Source: Mycobacteriales bacterium
GTDB lineage: Bacteria > Actinomycetota > Actinomycetes > JAFAQI01
Assembly: GCA_035695245.1 (NCBI GenBank)
Contig: DASSEQ010000186.1
Span: 1 to 54,493 of the forward strand
Length of the DNA stretch: 54,493 nucleotides
Reading direction: 5' to 3'
Part shown: in pieces, positions 39,838 to 48,699 of the stretch
How the letters are laid out: each line of letters opens with the position of its first letter
How positions within the stretch are numbered: position 1 is the first letter of the stretch
Notes under the pieces: model-generated
Database searches by the model: none
Told to the model about the DNA's origin: nothing
What the model saw: the letters and a program-made list of their open reading frames with translations, nothing else
Program-made: the position numbers and the translations under genes

Positions 39838-40986
39838 TCAGCCGGTGTGCAGGAGCGGGACGAGCAGCTCCTCGTCGGTCACCGAGCCGTGTTGGCCGGG
39901 CATGGCCGCGAGTCGAGGAAGCTTGCGGCGTTCGACGACGCCCCCGTCACTCAGGGAGATCGCGACGACATCGCCGATGCGCCGCTTCGCGCCATCGGCC
40001 ACAACCGGGCCGAAGAGCCCGGTCGCGATCGCGTCGTCGCGGGAGAGCACCAGCCAGGTCTCGCCGAGGCGCGTTCGCCATGCGTCGAGAACGTCGTCGG
40101 TCGCTCCCGGCCGCGTGTGCACGTAGCGCACCCGTGGTTCGCCGGCGATCGCGATGACGCCATCCTGAAGCGACGGCTCCGCGTCGACATCCACCTTGGC
40201 GTCATCGGGCACAGCGACCATCCCGTGGTCCGCCGTCACCAGCAGCTCGCCTTCCGCGGGCAGCTGCGCAGCGAGCTGCTCGGCAATGCGATCGACGATG
40301 CCGAGTTGCGCGCGCCAGGAGTCGGTGTCCGGACCGCGCATGTGCCCGACGAGGTCGAGGGCGCTGACGTAGACGTAGACCAGGGAGCGATGGCCACGCT
40401 GGATCGCCGTCGACGCGCGGGCCACGGCATCGCCCTCGGCCAAGGTGCCGCCCCAGCGACCACCGCGAAGAGCAGCGCGAGTGAGCCCGCTGTCGGCAAA
40501 GTTGTCGAAGGTGCAGACCGTCGTCGCGATGCCCGCCGCCGCCGCGCGTTCCCAAACCGTTGGTTGTGGCTGCACGACCTCGGGCACCAACCGGTCGCGC
40601 AGATCCTCGTTCGGCCCGACCGAGCGCCAGGCGAGCCAGTTGATGACCGAGTCCACCGACTCGTCGTACGACGTGTAGCCGGTGAGCCCGTGCTCGCCCG
40701 ACGTGCTTCCGGTGCCGAGCGAGGTGAGACTCGAGACCGTCGTCGACGGAAAGCCGGCGGTCAGCGGCCGCCCCGCCAGCGAGGAGAGGAACGGTGCAAC
40801 GTCACCGTGGCGTTGCAGCTGCACCCAGCCGAGGCCGTCGACGACGAACAAGCACGCGCGCGCAAACTCGTTGAGGCCCAACGAGTTCGGCTCCTCGCTG
40901 GTGCCGAGGGCGGCCAGGATCGATGGTCCGACGTCTGACAGAGCGCCGGATCCGTAGTCAGGCACCCGCAATCGCGCGCTATCCAC
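39838..40986 (-). CDS. Alkaline-phosphatase superfamily protein (nucleotide pyrophosphatase/phosphodiesterase-like)
   Basis: LFVVDGLGW, FPSTTVSSLTSLGTG, LLVTADHGM. Confidence 0.78.
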   Translation of the reverse strand: MDSARLRVPDYGSGALSDVGPSILAALGTSEEPNSLGLNEFARACLFVVDGLGWVQLQRHGDVAPFLSSLAGRPLTAGFPSTTVSSLTSLGTGSTSGEHGLTGYTSYDESVDSVINWLAWRSVGPNEDLRDRLVPEVVQPQPTVWERAAAAGIATTVCTFDNFADSGLTRAALRGGRWGGTLAEGDAVARASTAIQRGHRSLVYVYVSALDLVGHMRGPDTDSWRAQLGIVDRIAEQLAAQLPAEGELLVTADHGMVAVPDDAKVDVDAEPSLQDGVIAIAGEPRVRYVHTRPGATDDVLDAWRTRLGETWLVLSRDDAIATGLFGPVVADGAKRRIGDVVAISLSDGGVVERRKLPRLAAMPGQHGSVTDEELLVPLLHTG

Positions 40987-41012
40987 GTTCTATGGGCCTT
41001 ATCTCGCGATTG

Positions 41013-41777
41013 TCATTCCGGCAGCCGGAGCCGGAGCCGACGGAAGCCCTTGCCCTTGTTCTCTATCTTGACGACTTCGAGCCTCTTGATCTGCTTGGTC
41101 GAGGCGACGTGCGTGCCGCCGTCAGCTTCGACGTCGAGGCCGACGATGTCGACGAGACGCACCTGGTCGAGGCGCGTCGGCAACAAGTCCCGCGCGGCGA
41201 CGGCGACCTGCTCGATCGCGAACGCGTCGGCCGCCGGCACTTCGCGCACCTCGATCCGGCGGTCTGCCTCGATCTCGATGTTGCAGGCCGCCTCGACCGC
41301 CTCTTTGAAGCCTGTCGGCACCTCGGGCAGGTCGAAGTCCATGCGGCCTTCCAGCGGCTTCATGTCGGCGCTGGTCACCGGCAAGCGATAGTCGCGGTAG
41401 ACGACGCCGTTCAACAGGTGCAGCGCGGAATGCGTGCGCATCAACGCCGTACGACGTGCGTCGTCGAGCGCGCCGTGCACCGCGGTGCCAACGGTGGGCA
41501 GCGGATCCTCCTCGGCCGGGATCAGGAAGACGTCGTCGCTGGTCTTGCGCGCCCCGACGATGCGCGTCTGCACACCGCCCCACAACAGGACACCTTCGTC
41601 GGGTGGTTGGCCGCCGCCCCCGGGGAAGAACGCCGACCGATCAAGCACGATGCCGTCCGGATCAGCAGCCACGACGGTCGCGTCCCATTCGCGCAGCGTC
41701 GCGTCGCTGAGTTCGAGCCGGTGGGTTCCCACGGCAAGGGAGAGTACGTCGGCGCCGAAACGGGGTACACACTGCAC
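41013..41777 (-). CDS. AlaX-type alanyl-tRNA editing domain protein (start uncertain, alternative GTG 41732)
   Basis: HxxxH motif (HSALHLL) and a second metal motif that reads DGGTHV where AlaX proteins usually have CGGTHV. Confidence 0.7.
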   Translation of the reverse strand: MQCVPRFGADVLSLAVGTHRLELSDATLREWDATVVAADPDGIVLDRSAFFPGGGGQPPDEGVLLWGGVQTRIVGARKTSDDVFLIPAEEDPLPTVGTAVHGALDDARRTALMRTHSALHLLNGVVYRDYRLPVTSADMKPLEGRMDFDLPEVPTGFKEAVEAACNIEIEADRRIEVREVPAADAFAIEQVAVAARDLLPTRLDQVRLVDIVGLDVEADGGTHVASTKQIKRLEVVKIENKGKGFRRLRLRLPE

Positions 41778-42026
41778 ATGCCCTTGATCTTGCTGCGCGG
41801 CGGCTCACGAGACGGAGACAGCACGACGGTGGACGAACATGTCGAGCGACTCCTGGCCGCGTCGGAAGCGCCCGGCTTGATCGACGTCTATGAGGCGTCA
41901 GACGAGGTCGCACGGGTCCCGGGCAACGACGAAGTCGCGATCGTCTATCGGTTCGTCGGGCAGGAGCCGGTGACCGAACACGAATCGAAACAGCTGCACA
42001 TGCCGCACACGCCCGGCTACCTGTAG
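41778..42026 (+). CDS. Small hypothetical protein (82 aa)
   Basis: C-terminal part of track ORF 40923..42026, starting at ATG 41778 (MPLILLRGGSRDGDSTTVDE...). The upstream portion is antisense to the AlaX-like gene. Confidence 0.4.
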   Translation: MPLILLRGGSRDGDSTTVDEHVERLLAASEAPGLIDVYEASDEVARVPGNDEVAIVYRFVGQEPVTEHESKQLHMPHTPGYL

Positions 42027-42274
42027 GAGCGCACCGCCGGCCGCACGTCGAGCAGGTAGACAAGCGCCGCGATGATGGCGATGAACGTGAAGAACCGGAT
42101 GTAGGCGGCCAGCGCAGCAACGATCAGGACAGTCACCCAGAACTGCTTGGTGCGCTTCTCCGCGGCGACGAAGACACTCGCCGGGCGAATGGCGGCGTCG
42201 ATCAGCGCCCAGATGGTGACCGCGAGCGCGACGAGGTAGATGAGCAGGAATACCCCGGCTATCGGCGCCAGCAC
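42017..42274 (-). CDS. DUF2516-family small membrane protein
   Basis: ALIDAAIRPASVFVAAEKRTKQFWVTVL...VYLLDVRP matches the family pattern. Trimmed to GTG 42274. Confidence 0.6.
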   Translation of the reverse strand: MLAPIAGVFLLIYLVALAVTIWALIDAAIRPASVFVAAEKRTKQFWVTVLIVAALAAYIRFFTFIAIIAALVYLLDVRPAVRSYR

Positions 42275-42320
42275 GAAGCCAGCGTAGGTGTCGTGAGCCG
42301 GTTCGGCGACAATTTCCCTC

Positions 42321-42728
42321 GTGCTGCCGATCAAGGTCGACGCGATTCGCCTGTTTCTGCACATCTTCGCGGCCACGATCTGGGTGGGTGGCCAGCTGAC
42401 GTTGGGGGCGCTGGTCCCCGTCCTTCGTCGCGCCGGCGCCGACGTGCCGCGCCTTGCCGCCCGCGCCTTCGGTCGCATCGCCTGGGCGGCGTTCGCAGTG
42501 TTGATCATCACAGGCATCTGGAACATCGCGGCAGCCGACGACACCAACGCGAGCGGCTACCAGGCCACGCTGGGCATCAAGCTCGGCTTCGTTGCCTTGT
42601 CCGGCTTGGCCGCGTGGTGGCACGGCCGCTCCAAGTCGCGGATCGCACTAGCGCTTGGCGGCGCCGGCGCGGGCCTGTTCGCACTCCTCGCGCTCTTCTT
42701 CGGGGTCGTGCTCGCCGAGCGCCAGTGA
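42321..42728 (+). CDS. Four-TM integral membrane protein (CopD-like / unknown function)
   Basis: 135 aa with hydrophobic helices (IRLFLHIFAATIWVGGQLTL...). The family assignment is tentative. Confidence 0.4.
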   Translation: MLPIKVDAIRLFLHIFAATIWVGGQLTLGALVPVLRRAGADVPRLAARAFGRIAWAAFAVLIITGIWNIAAADDTNASGYQATLGIKLGFVALSGLAAWWHGRSKSRIALALGGAGAGLFALLALFFGVVLAERQ

Positions 42729-42732
42729 CGGC

Positions 42733-43974
42733 TCAGGGCTCGGCAACTCCATGTTGCCGTGCCCAGTCGCGAGCCATCGCGATGCGCTGCGGCGGGCTCG
42801 GATGGTTGAAGAACAGCGCATAGAGCACCGGCGACGGCTCGAGATCGTCGAGGCCGGCCAGTGCCAGCTGCTTCTGCGCCCGCACGTAGTCGACGGGATC
42901 GGCGGTGAGCTGGAGGGCATGCGCGTCGGCGCGGGCTTCGATGTGCCGCGAGATGACATTGGTCAGCGGACTGACCGCGAAGCCCACCACGACATAGAGC
43001 GCAAGCAGGAGCGGAACCCGACGCGGATCGGCGACGGCGCTGCCGAGGAGGAGAAACAACGCACACATTGCCGCCGCGACGACGAGAGCTCCTTCCAGCG
43101 TTCCGTGAAGCACGTCGTCGTACTTCGCATGCCCGAGCTCGTGCGCGGTGATGACGCGGATCTCGTCAGGGGTGTCCTGTTGCAGCAGTGTGTCGTAGAG
43201 AACGAGCCGCCGACTTGCGCCGAACCCGGACACGTACGCGTTTTCGGTCGTCGTACGTCGGCTCGCGTCGGCGACCAGGATGTCCCGCAGCGGCTGATGA
43301 TCCTGCTTGGCGAGCGCAAACAGTTCCGTGCGCAAGTTGCCCGACGGCAGCGAGTGGAAGTTGTTGAAGACGGGCTCGACGATGTAGGGGTAGGCGAACG
43401 AGCCACCGAAGACCAGCCCGGCTGACAGCACAGCAGCTGCCACCCACCACATGCGCTTCAGGCGCCGGGCCATCGTGACGATGACCGCGACGCCGATCCA
43501 TGTGGCAACCAGAGCCACCCCGAGACCGCGCAGCTGATCGGTGCTCCAACCACCCCAGCCTTGCAACGTCAGGCCGTAGTGCGTCTCGATGGCATGCTCG
43601 CGAGCGCCGATCGGCCAGGTGACGACTGCCGTCAGCACGACCACGATGGCGACGCCGATGGTGAGCTGCAGGAGCCAGTGCAGGCGACGGGCAGCGCCGA
43701 TCATCCGACGCCCCAGCGGGGTGAAGCCAAGCACTGCAGGCACGAGCAGGCTGATGACAAGCGCGATCAACCCCCAAGGCCGGATCGCGTCGTGGTAGCT
43801 CGTCTCGCGCGCGATCTGGGCCGCGGTGAAGTCGCGTGCGGCGTCCGGATGCACATCGCCGCCCGGGACGGCGCCGGGCAACGGATGCCACGGCGTGGTC
43901 ACCACGACGATGACGCCAAAGGTCAACAACAGCAACGAAAGTGTCACCCATGCTGCCGCCCGTGACCGCGTCAC
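42733..43974 (-). CDS. M48-family (Ste24/HtpX-like) membrane zinc metalloprotease
   Basis: Multi-TM N-terminus with HELGHAKYDD (HExxH) and a downstream E/H. Alternative start GTG 43947. Confidence 0.85.
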   Translation of the reverse strand: MTRSRAAAWVTLSLLLLTFGVIVVVTTPWHPLPGAVPGGDVHPDAARDFTAAQIARETSYHDAIRPWGLIALVISLLVPAVLGFTPLGRRMIGAARRLHWLLQLTIGVAIVVVLTAVVTWPIGAREHAIETHYGLTLQGWGGWSTDQLRGLGVALVATWIGVAVIVTMARRLKRMWWVAAAVLSAGLVFGGSFAYPYIVEPVFNNFHSLPSGNLRTELFALAKQDHQPLRDILVADASRRTTTENAYVSGFGASRRLVLYDTLLQQDTPDEIRVITAHELGHAKYDDVLHGTLEGALVVAAAMCALFLLLGSAVADPRRVPLLLALYVVVGFAVSPLTNVISRHIEARADAHALQLTADPVDYVRAQKQLALAGLDDLEPSPVLYALFFNHPSPPQRIAMARDWARQHGVAEP

Positions 43975-43983
43975 CGACGTACT

Positions 43984-45054
43984 GTGTCAGACGTGCCTGA
44001 CTCAGGAGCAGTCACCCGGCGCGCGCTCCTCGCCGGTGGCCTCGCCGCGGTTGGCGGCGTCGTGGTCGCCTGTGCGAAGTCAGCCGCGCCGCGCGCAGCG
44101 CCTCCTCTGCGGCAGACGCCATCCACTGCGCCGGCGTCGACTGCGGTCACGAGTGCGCCACCTGCGCCCGACCCAGCGTCCGTGCACGCGAATGAGCTCG
44201 GTGTCATCCCGGTGCTGATGCACCACCGGCTGGTGACCAAGGTCGACAGCGAGTACGACATGACGCCGGCGTGGTTCGCTGCCGAGCTGCAGCGTCTTCG
44301 CCGCGAGGGCTACTACCCCGTCACCACCCTCCAGGTCGCGCGCGGCGACCTCGGTCACGTGCCGGCCGGCCGGTCGCCGGTCGTGCTGACCTTTGACGAC
44401 TCGAGCGTCGGTCAGCTGCACTACACGGCTACCGGGAAGATCGCGCCGGACTCCGCCGTCGGGATGCTCATCGCTTTCTCGAGGGCGCATCCGGATTTCC
44501 CGGCCGTCGCGTCGTTCTACCTGAACAAGGACCCGTTCACACTGGGAGATCCGCACCGAGCGCTGACCGACCTGGTGCAGCACGGATTCGAGGTGGGCAA
44601 CCACACGTACGACCATGTGCCGCTCCGCCTGTCGCCGGCCAAAGTGCAGCAGCAGCTGGGTGAGCTGGCGGCGATGGTGACAGCGGCCGTGCCCGGCGTG
44701 GCGCCGCGCACCCTCGCGCTCCCCCTCGGCGTGGAGCCGTCACATCCGACACTGGTGCGGTCGGGCAGCTGGCACGGAACCACCTATCGCAACGAGGCGG
44801 TGTTGCTGGTCGGCGCCGAGCCGGCCCACTCGCCGTTCCACCGCGACTGGAACGCGGCGGCAGTGCCGCGAATCCGATCGTCGTCCTACCAAGGAGGTAG
44901 GGGCGAGTTCTTGTCGACGTGGTGGCTCGATCAGATCCGCAGCGGCGACGTGACGCGTTACGTCTCCGCGGGAAACCCTGGCCATGTCACGGTCCCGAAG
45001 AAGTACGCCGCCCACGTCTCCCGCGCGTTTCGCGACAAGCTCGTCACGTACTAA
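43984..45054 (+). CDS. Exported polysaccharide deacetylase family lipoprotein (Tat-like signal)
   Basis: TRRALLAGGLAAVGGVVVAC (twin-Arg plus lipobox), VVLTFDDSSVGQ, GNHTYDH. Confidence 0.78.
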   Translation: MSDVPDSGAVTRRALLAGGLAAVGGVVVACAKSAAPRAAPPLRQTPSTAPASTAVTSAPPAPDPASVHANELGVIPVLMHHRLVTKVDSEYDMTPAWFAAELQRLRREGYYPVTTLQVARGDLGHVPAGRSPVVLTFDDSSVGQLHYTATGKIAPDSAVGMLIAFSRAHPDFPAVASFYLNKDPFTLGDPHRALTDLVQHGFEVGNHTYDHVPLRLSPAKVQQQLGELAAMVTAAVPGVAPRTLALPLGVEPSHPTLVRSGSWHGTTYRNEAVLLVGAEPAHSPFHRDWNAAAVPRIRSSSYQGGRGEFLSTWWLDQIRSGDVTRYVSAGNPGHVTVPKKYAAHVSRAFRDKLVTY

Positions 45055-46079
45055 CCGACGCGCTCACGCTTGCGGCGCGGGATGCGCTTCTTGACGTGGT
45101 TCAGCGCCGTTTTGGCCCACAGGAACTCGGTCGCGAGCAATGCGAGGCCGGCGGCGATGACGAGGAGACCGGGCCCGGGCAGCACCAGCATCGCAGCGCC
45201 GGCGGCGAGCAAGATGCCGCCGCCGATAGCGACGACAACGCGGCGGGGCGAGACGAGCGAGAGCAGCACTCCGGCGCTCAGCGTTGCCACGACGGCGAGC
45301 AGGATCACCCATTCCGGCACCCGCCACCATGGTTCGACCACGAGCGCGGCTCCGATCAGGAGCAGGAGCACGCCGAGAGCGCGCTCGAGGAGCGCAAGGC
45401 GGTCCATCGCCGCGGCCAGGAGGTCATAGAGCGGGCGAAGTCCGAGCACAGCGAAAACGTTGGCCGCGACGATCGGAAAGACGTCGCGAGTGACCGCGAA
45501 CGCCGCGGGCACGGAGTCCACGGCGAAGACGAGATCGGTCAGGGCGAGTGCCATGAGTGCTCCGAGCGTCGCGCTGACGCCGCGTCGTCGCAGCCACCTG
45601 ACGACTCCGGGTTGGGCCGACTCCGACTTCCGTTCGCCGGCCATGCGAAAACCCGCGACGAGCAGCACAACGCCGAACGCCACCAGCACCCAATGGGCGG
45701 CCGAGACGACAGCGAGGCCGCCGGCGACGAACCCGAGCCGGAGGACGAGCGCGGCGAGAATCCCGCCGACCAACACGCGTTGGCGCTTCGCGGGTGCGAC
45801 CGCGAAAGCCGAGAGCACGACAGCAAACACCGCGACGTTGTCGAGTGACAACGACTTCTCCAGCAGGAAGACGGTGAGGTAGGTCCCGGCGTGGGCGGCG
45901 CCCAAGGCGGCACGCACCACCGCGGCGAATGCCAGCCCAGCCACCAACCAGCCGAGCGAGCCGATCAAGGCCGCACGCAAAGACTGGCGCCCACGGCGCA
46001 GTGTCAGCGCCAGATCGACACCTAGTGCGGTCACACCGCAGGCGGCGAGCGCTGCCCAGGCGGCTGTGCTGCCGGTCAT
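45051..46079 (-). CDS. TerC-family membrane protein fused to a C-terminal PGPGW segment
   Basis: FLLEKSLSLDNVAVFAVV (TerC signature), ALTDLVFAVDSVPA, and a C-terminal LVLPGPGLLVIAAGLALLATEFLWAK. A Mn2+ riboswitch lies upstream. Confidence 0.85.
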   Translation of the reverse strand: MTGSTAAWAALAACGVTALGVDLALTLRRGRQSLRAALIGSLGWLVAGLAFAAVVRAALGAAHAGTYLTVFLLEKSLSLDNVAVFAVVLSAFAVAPAKRQRVLVGGILAALVLRLGFVAGGLAVVSAAHWVLVAFGVVLLVAGFRMAGERKSESAQPGVVRWLRRRGVSATLGALMALALTDLVFAVDSVPAAFAVTRDVFPIVAANVFAVLGLRPLYDLLAAAMDRLALLERALGVLLLLIGAALVVEPWWRVPEWVILLAVVATLSAGVLLSLVSPRRVVVAIGGGILLAAGAAMLVLPGPGLLVIAAGLALLATEFLWAKTALNHVKKRIPRRKRERVG

Positions 46080-46216
46080 GTCGACTCCCTTCGGTCACTG
46101 CCCGTCGAGCAGTTGCCGAAGGTCTCTCCCGCCGACGTCACCACCGGCCGATGGCACCGGGTCCGGAGGCCGGACCGCGATGACGGCACCATCGCGTAGG
46201 GATACTCCCCTTCGCC
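46080..46216 (-). promoter_or_regulatory. yybP-ykoY (Mn2+) riboswitch plus expression platform
   Basis: Minus strand reads GGCGAAGGGGAGTATCC...(two GC hairpins)...GGCGGGAGAGACCTTCGGC. P1 pairs CGAAGG with CCTTCG, and the conserved GGGGAGUA and GGAGAGACC loops are present. Downstream, CCGAAGGGAG (the RBS) can pair with the P1 3' strand. Confidence 0.85.
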
Positions 46217-46260
46217 GTCCACACTAACGTGCCCAGTGGCTGATCGCCTTCAGGCCACCT

Positions 46261-47064
46261 TCAGGCGCGCGGCGGTGCGGCTGCGGCGTACCAACGCCCG
46301 TCCAGCGTGAACGCCCGCACGTCACGACCAAAGCAGCGGGCCAACGCGTCGTTGTCGTGCAGCAGATCGGCGGCGCCGGTAGCGACGAAGCGGCCTTCGC
46401 GCAGCAAGGCCACGTGAGTTGTCGACGCCGGCAGCTCCTCGAGGTGATGCGCGACCGTGACCGTCGTCAACGCAGGATCATGCATCGGCAGCTCCTCCAG
46501 AGCGGCGAGCAGGTCGGCGCGCCCGGGCAGGTCGAGCCCGGCGGCGGGCTCGTCGAGCAGCAACAGCTGGGGCCGACACATGAGCGCTCGCACCAACCGG
46601 GCCCGGGCACGCTCGCCCTGCGAGCAGACGCTGACCCGCCGCTGTTGCAGGTCCTCGAGTCCGAACCTGCTCAACAGGAGATCTGCTCGATCGCGGTCGG
46701 TGGCGGCATAGCGGCCCGGTAGCGGCTGCACGGTCTGCGTGACTCCGGTCAGCACGTAGTCGACAACGCTGAGGTCAGCCGGCATCCGCAGTCGCACGTC
46801 GACAGTGCCGATCGACTCGCGCAACTGACGCAAATCGACGTGCCCCAGCCGACGGCCGAGCACGTCGACGGTGCCAGCACTGGGATGACGCTGAGCACCC
46901 AGCAGCGCGAGCAAGGTCGACTTGCCGGCGCCGTTCGGACCGAGAAGGGCCCAGTGCTCACCGGCTCCGATCGCGAGGTCGAGCCCGTGCAAGACGTGCG
47001 GCCCGTCGGCGAACCACACCTCGACGTTGCCCAGCTCGACGACCAACGCGGGGGGCTCTGTCAT
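46261..47064 (-). CDS. ABC transporter ATP-binding protein (no adjacent permease)
   Basis: Walker A GPNGAGKST, a signature-like CSQGERARA, and Walker B LLLLDEP. Confidence 0.85.
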   Translation of the reverse strand: MTEPPALVVELGNVEVWFADGPHVLHGLDLAIGAGEHWALLGPNGAGKSTLLALLGAQRHPSAGTVDVLGRRLGHVDLRQLRESIGTVDVRLRMPADLSVVDYVLTGVTQTVQPLPGRYAATDRDRADLLLSRFGLEDLQQRRVSVCSQGERARARLVRALMCRPQLLLLDEPAAGLDLPGRADLLAALEELPMHDPALTTVTVAHHLEELPASTTHVALLREGRFVATGAADLLHDNDALARCFGRDVRAFTLDGRWYAAAAPPRA

Positions 47065-47084
47065 CGCGGTGGCAGGCTAGCGGC

Positions 47085-47609
47085 ATGGCACCGCCCACTG
47101 AAGACGAGCGAGCGCAGCTCGCGGAGCGCCGCGCCGAGCTTGCCAAGAAGTACGTGAAGCCGCTGTCTGTTCGGCCGGCGTCGAACGCGCGTGGCATCCA
47201 TCACGCCGCCCTGATCTGCAGCGACGTCGAGCAGACCATCCAGTTCTACGACGGGGTCCTCGGCTTCCCGCTCGTCGAGCTGACCGAGAATCGCGACTAT
47301 CCCGGCTCGTCGCATTTCTTCTTCGACCTCGGTAATCAGACGTTGCTCGGCTTCTTCGATTTTCCCGGCCTCGGGTTACAGCCGGCCGAGGAACGCATCG
47401 GCACCGTGCAACACATCGCGATCGGCGTGCCCCCGGACAAGCACGCGATGCTGCAGAAGAAGCTCGACGAGCTTGGAATTCCGTACGACGGACCGCAACG
47501 CGGCATCCCCGAGTCGATCTACCTCCGCGACCCGGATGGCATCGGCATCGAGCTGTTGTCGGACGAGCTGATGTGGTTCGGCGGCCGCTGGCTGGACCGG
47601 GAGTCCTGA
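47085..47609 (+). CDS. VOC-family (glyoxalase/bleomycin-resistance/dioxygenase) protein
   Basis: IHHAALICSDVEQTIQFYDGVLGF, VQHIAIGV, YLRDPDGIGIEL. Confidence 0.82.
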   Translation: MAPPTEDERAQLAERRAELAKKYVKPLSVRPASNARGIHHAALICSDVEQTIQFYDGVLGFPLVELTENRDYPGSSHFFFDLGNQTLLGFFDFPGLGLQPAEERIGTVQHIAIGVPPDKHAMLQKKLDELGIPYDGPQRGIPESIYLRDPDGIGIELLSDELMWFGGRWLDRES

Positions 47610-47650
47610 GCCAACGGCCGCCGTGACCGCTAACAGTTGCTAGAAGAGGT

Positions 47651-48190
47651 TCAGCTGTTGATCGGCTGAGTCGGAACCCCGTTGGTGCTCGACGTCTCGG
47701 TCGCCGTCGGCGCCGCCGGAGCGGACGGCGTCGGGGTGGTAGGGGTGGCGGCCGTCGCAGCCGACGCGGCCTTCGCGGTCGGCTTCGCCGCCGGCTTCTT
47801 TGCCGTCGCCTTCGGTGTCGACTTGGTGCCGGCCTTGGCCGACGACTTCGTGCTCTTCGGCTTGTCGCCGCGGAGCTGGCCGACGACCTTCTCACCGCGG
47901 ACGGCGAGCTCGTTGTAGCGCTTCTCGACGGTCGTCGGCAGGTCCTTGACCTGGGCCGGCAGTGCAGCGGCGAGAACGGGCAGAGCCTTGACCTGCTCCT
48001 GCAGCTGGGCCGAGGCGGTCTTGAGCTGTTCCGGCAGCGTCTTGATGGTGGCCGGGAACGTCTTCAGCTGCTCGGCGCGCACGGCCGCACGGCTGCGCAG
48101 GGTCTCGAGGGCTGCGTCGCCGGCGCCGACGTAGGCGTAGAACGGCTTCGGGTCCAGAGCGGGCAGGGACAGCGTGGGGATGGTTGGCAC
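47651..48190 (-). CDS. HbhA-like (heparin-binding hemagglutinin-like) coiled-coil protein with a Lys/Ala/Pro-rich tail
   Basis: Trimmed from track ORF 47651..48661 to GTG 48190, which is preceded by a GGAGGA RBS. KRYNELAVRGEKVV parallels mycobacterial HbhA NRYNELVERGE. The tail reads KPKSTKSSAKAGTKSTPKATAKKPAAKPTAKA. Confidence 0.72.
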   Translation of the reverse strand: MPTIPTLSLPALDPKPFYAYVGAGDAALETLRSRAAVRAEQLKTFPATIKTLPEQLKTASAQLQEQVKALPVLAAALPAQVKDLPTTVEKRYNELAVRGEKVVGQLRGDKPKSTKSSAKAGTKSTPKATAKKPAAKPTAKAASAATAATPTTPTPSAPAAPTATETSSTNGVPTQPINS

Positions 48191-48242
48191 GGTTCGATTC
48201 CTCCGATGACAGGGACGTGCAGTCGAAAGTTGGCGGCAGACG

Positions 48243-48626
48243 TCAGGCCGAGCCGGCTCCGGCTTCGGCAGACGCGCCGGGGGTCTCGTCGTTCTCGCGG
48301 CGGAACGACTCGTAGATCTCCAGAAGCACCTGCTTCTGGCGCTCGGTGAGTGCTGCATCACCGAGGATCGCGGCCTGCACGTCGCTGTCGCCGTACCTCT
48401 CGTCGAGGATGCCGGCCTGCACGTACAACGCCTCGGCCGAGATGCGCAGCGCCTTGGCGATCTGCTGCAGGATCTCCGCGCTCGGCTTGCGCAGCCCTCG
48501 CTCGATCTGGCTGAGGTAGGGGTTGGAGACCCCGGCCAGCTTGGCGAGCTGACGCAGCGACACGTTGGCGGTGTTGCGCTGCTCGCGGATGTAGTCCCCG
48601 AGGTTGCGCACGTCCAACTTGGCCAC
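48243..48626 (-). CDS. XRE-family helix-turn-helix transcriptional regulator
   Basis: LRQLAKLAGVSNPYLSQIERGLRKPSAEILQQIAKAL. It lies upstream of the HbhA-like gene, which is the arrangement I recall in mycobacteria. Confidence 0.85.
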   Translation of the reverse strand: MAKLDVRNLGDYIREQRNTANVSLRQLAKLAGVSNPYLSQIERGLRKPSAEILQQIAKALRISAEALYVQAGILDERYGDSDVQAAILGDAALTERQKQVLLEIYESFRRENDETPGASAEAGAGSA

Positions 48627-48632
48627 ACCGGA

Positions 48633-48661
48633 AAACTAACGCAGTGTGCTAACTCTTGCAA
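48633..48661 (-). promoter_or_regulatory. Putative promoter giving a leaderless XRE mRNA
   Basis: On the minus strand: TTGCAA (48661..48656), a 17-nt spacer, TAGTTT (48638..48633), then only 6 nt before the GTG start at 48626. No RBS is present. Confidence 0.5.
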
Positions 48662-48699
48662 GCGCCCAGCAAGCAGAGGTCGGCGTGACGTGCGTCACG

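Noticed and set aside
47077-47895. 272-aa extremely Arg-rich (RRRRPRRR...) minus-strand ORF, protamine-like at first sight
   Set aside because: It overlaps the VOC gene (antisense) and is an alternative frame of the Lys/Ala-rich HbhA-like tail. GCC/GCG/AAG-rich coding DNA reads as Arg/Pro runs when the frame is shifted.
48191-48661. Upstream part of track ORF 47651..48661, which would give a 336-aa HbhA-like protein
   Set aside because: This part is a different frame of the XRE regulator gene. A GGAGGA RBS and GTG at 48190 mark the real HbhA-like start.
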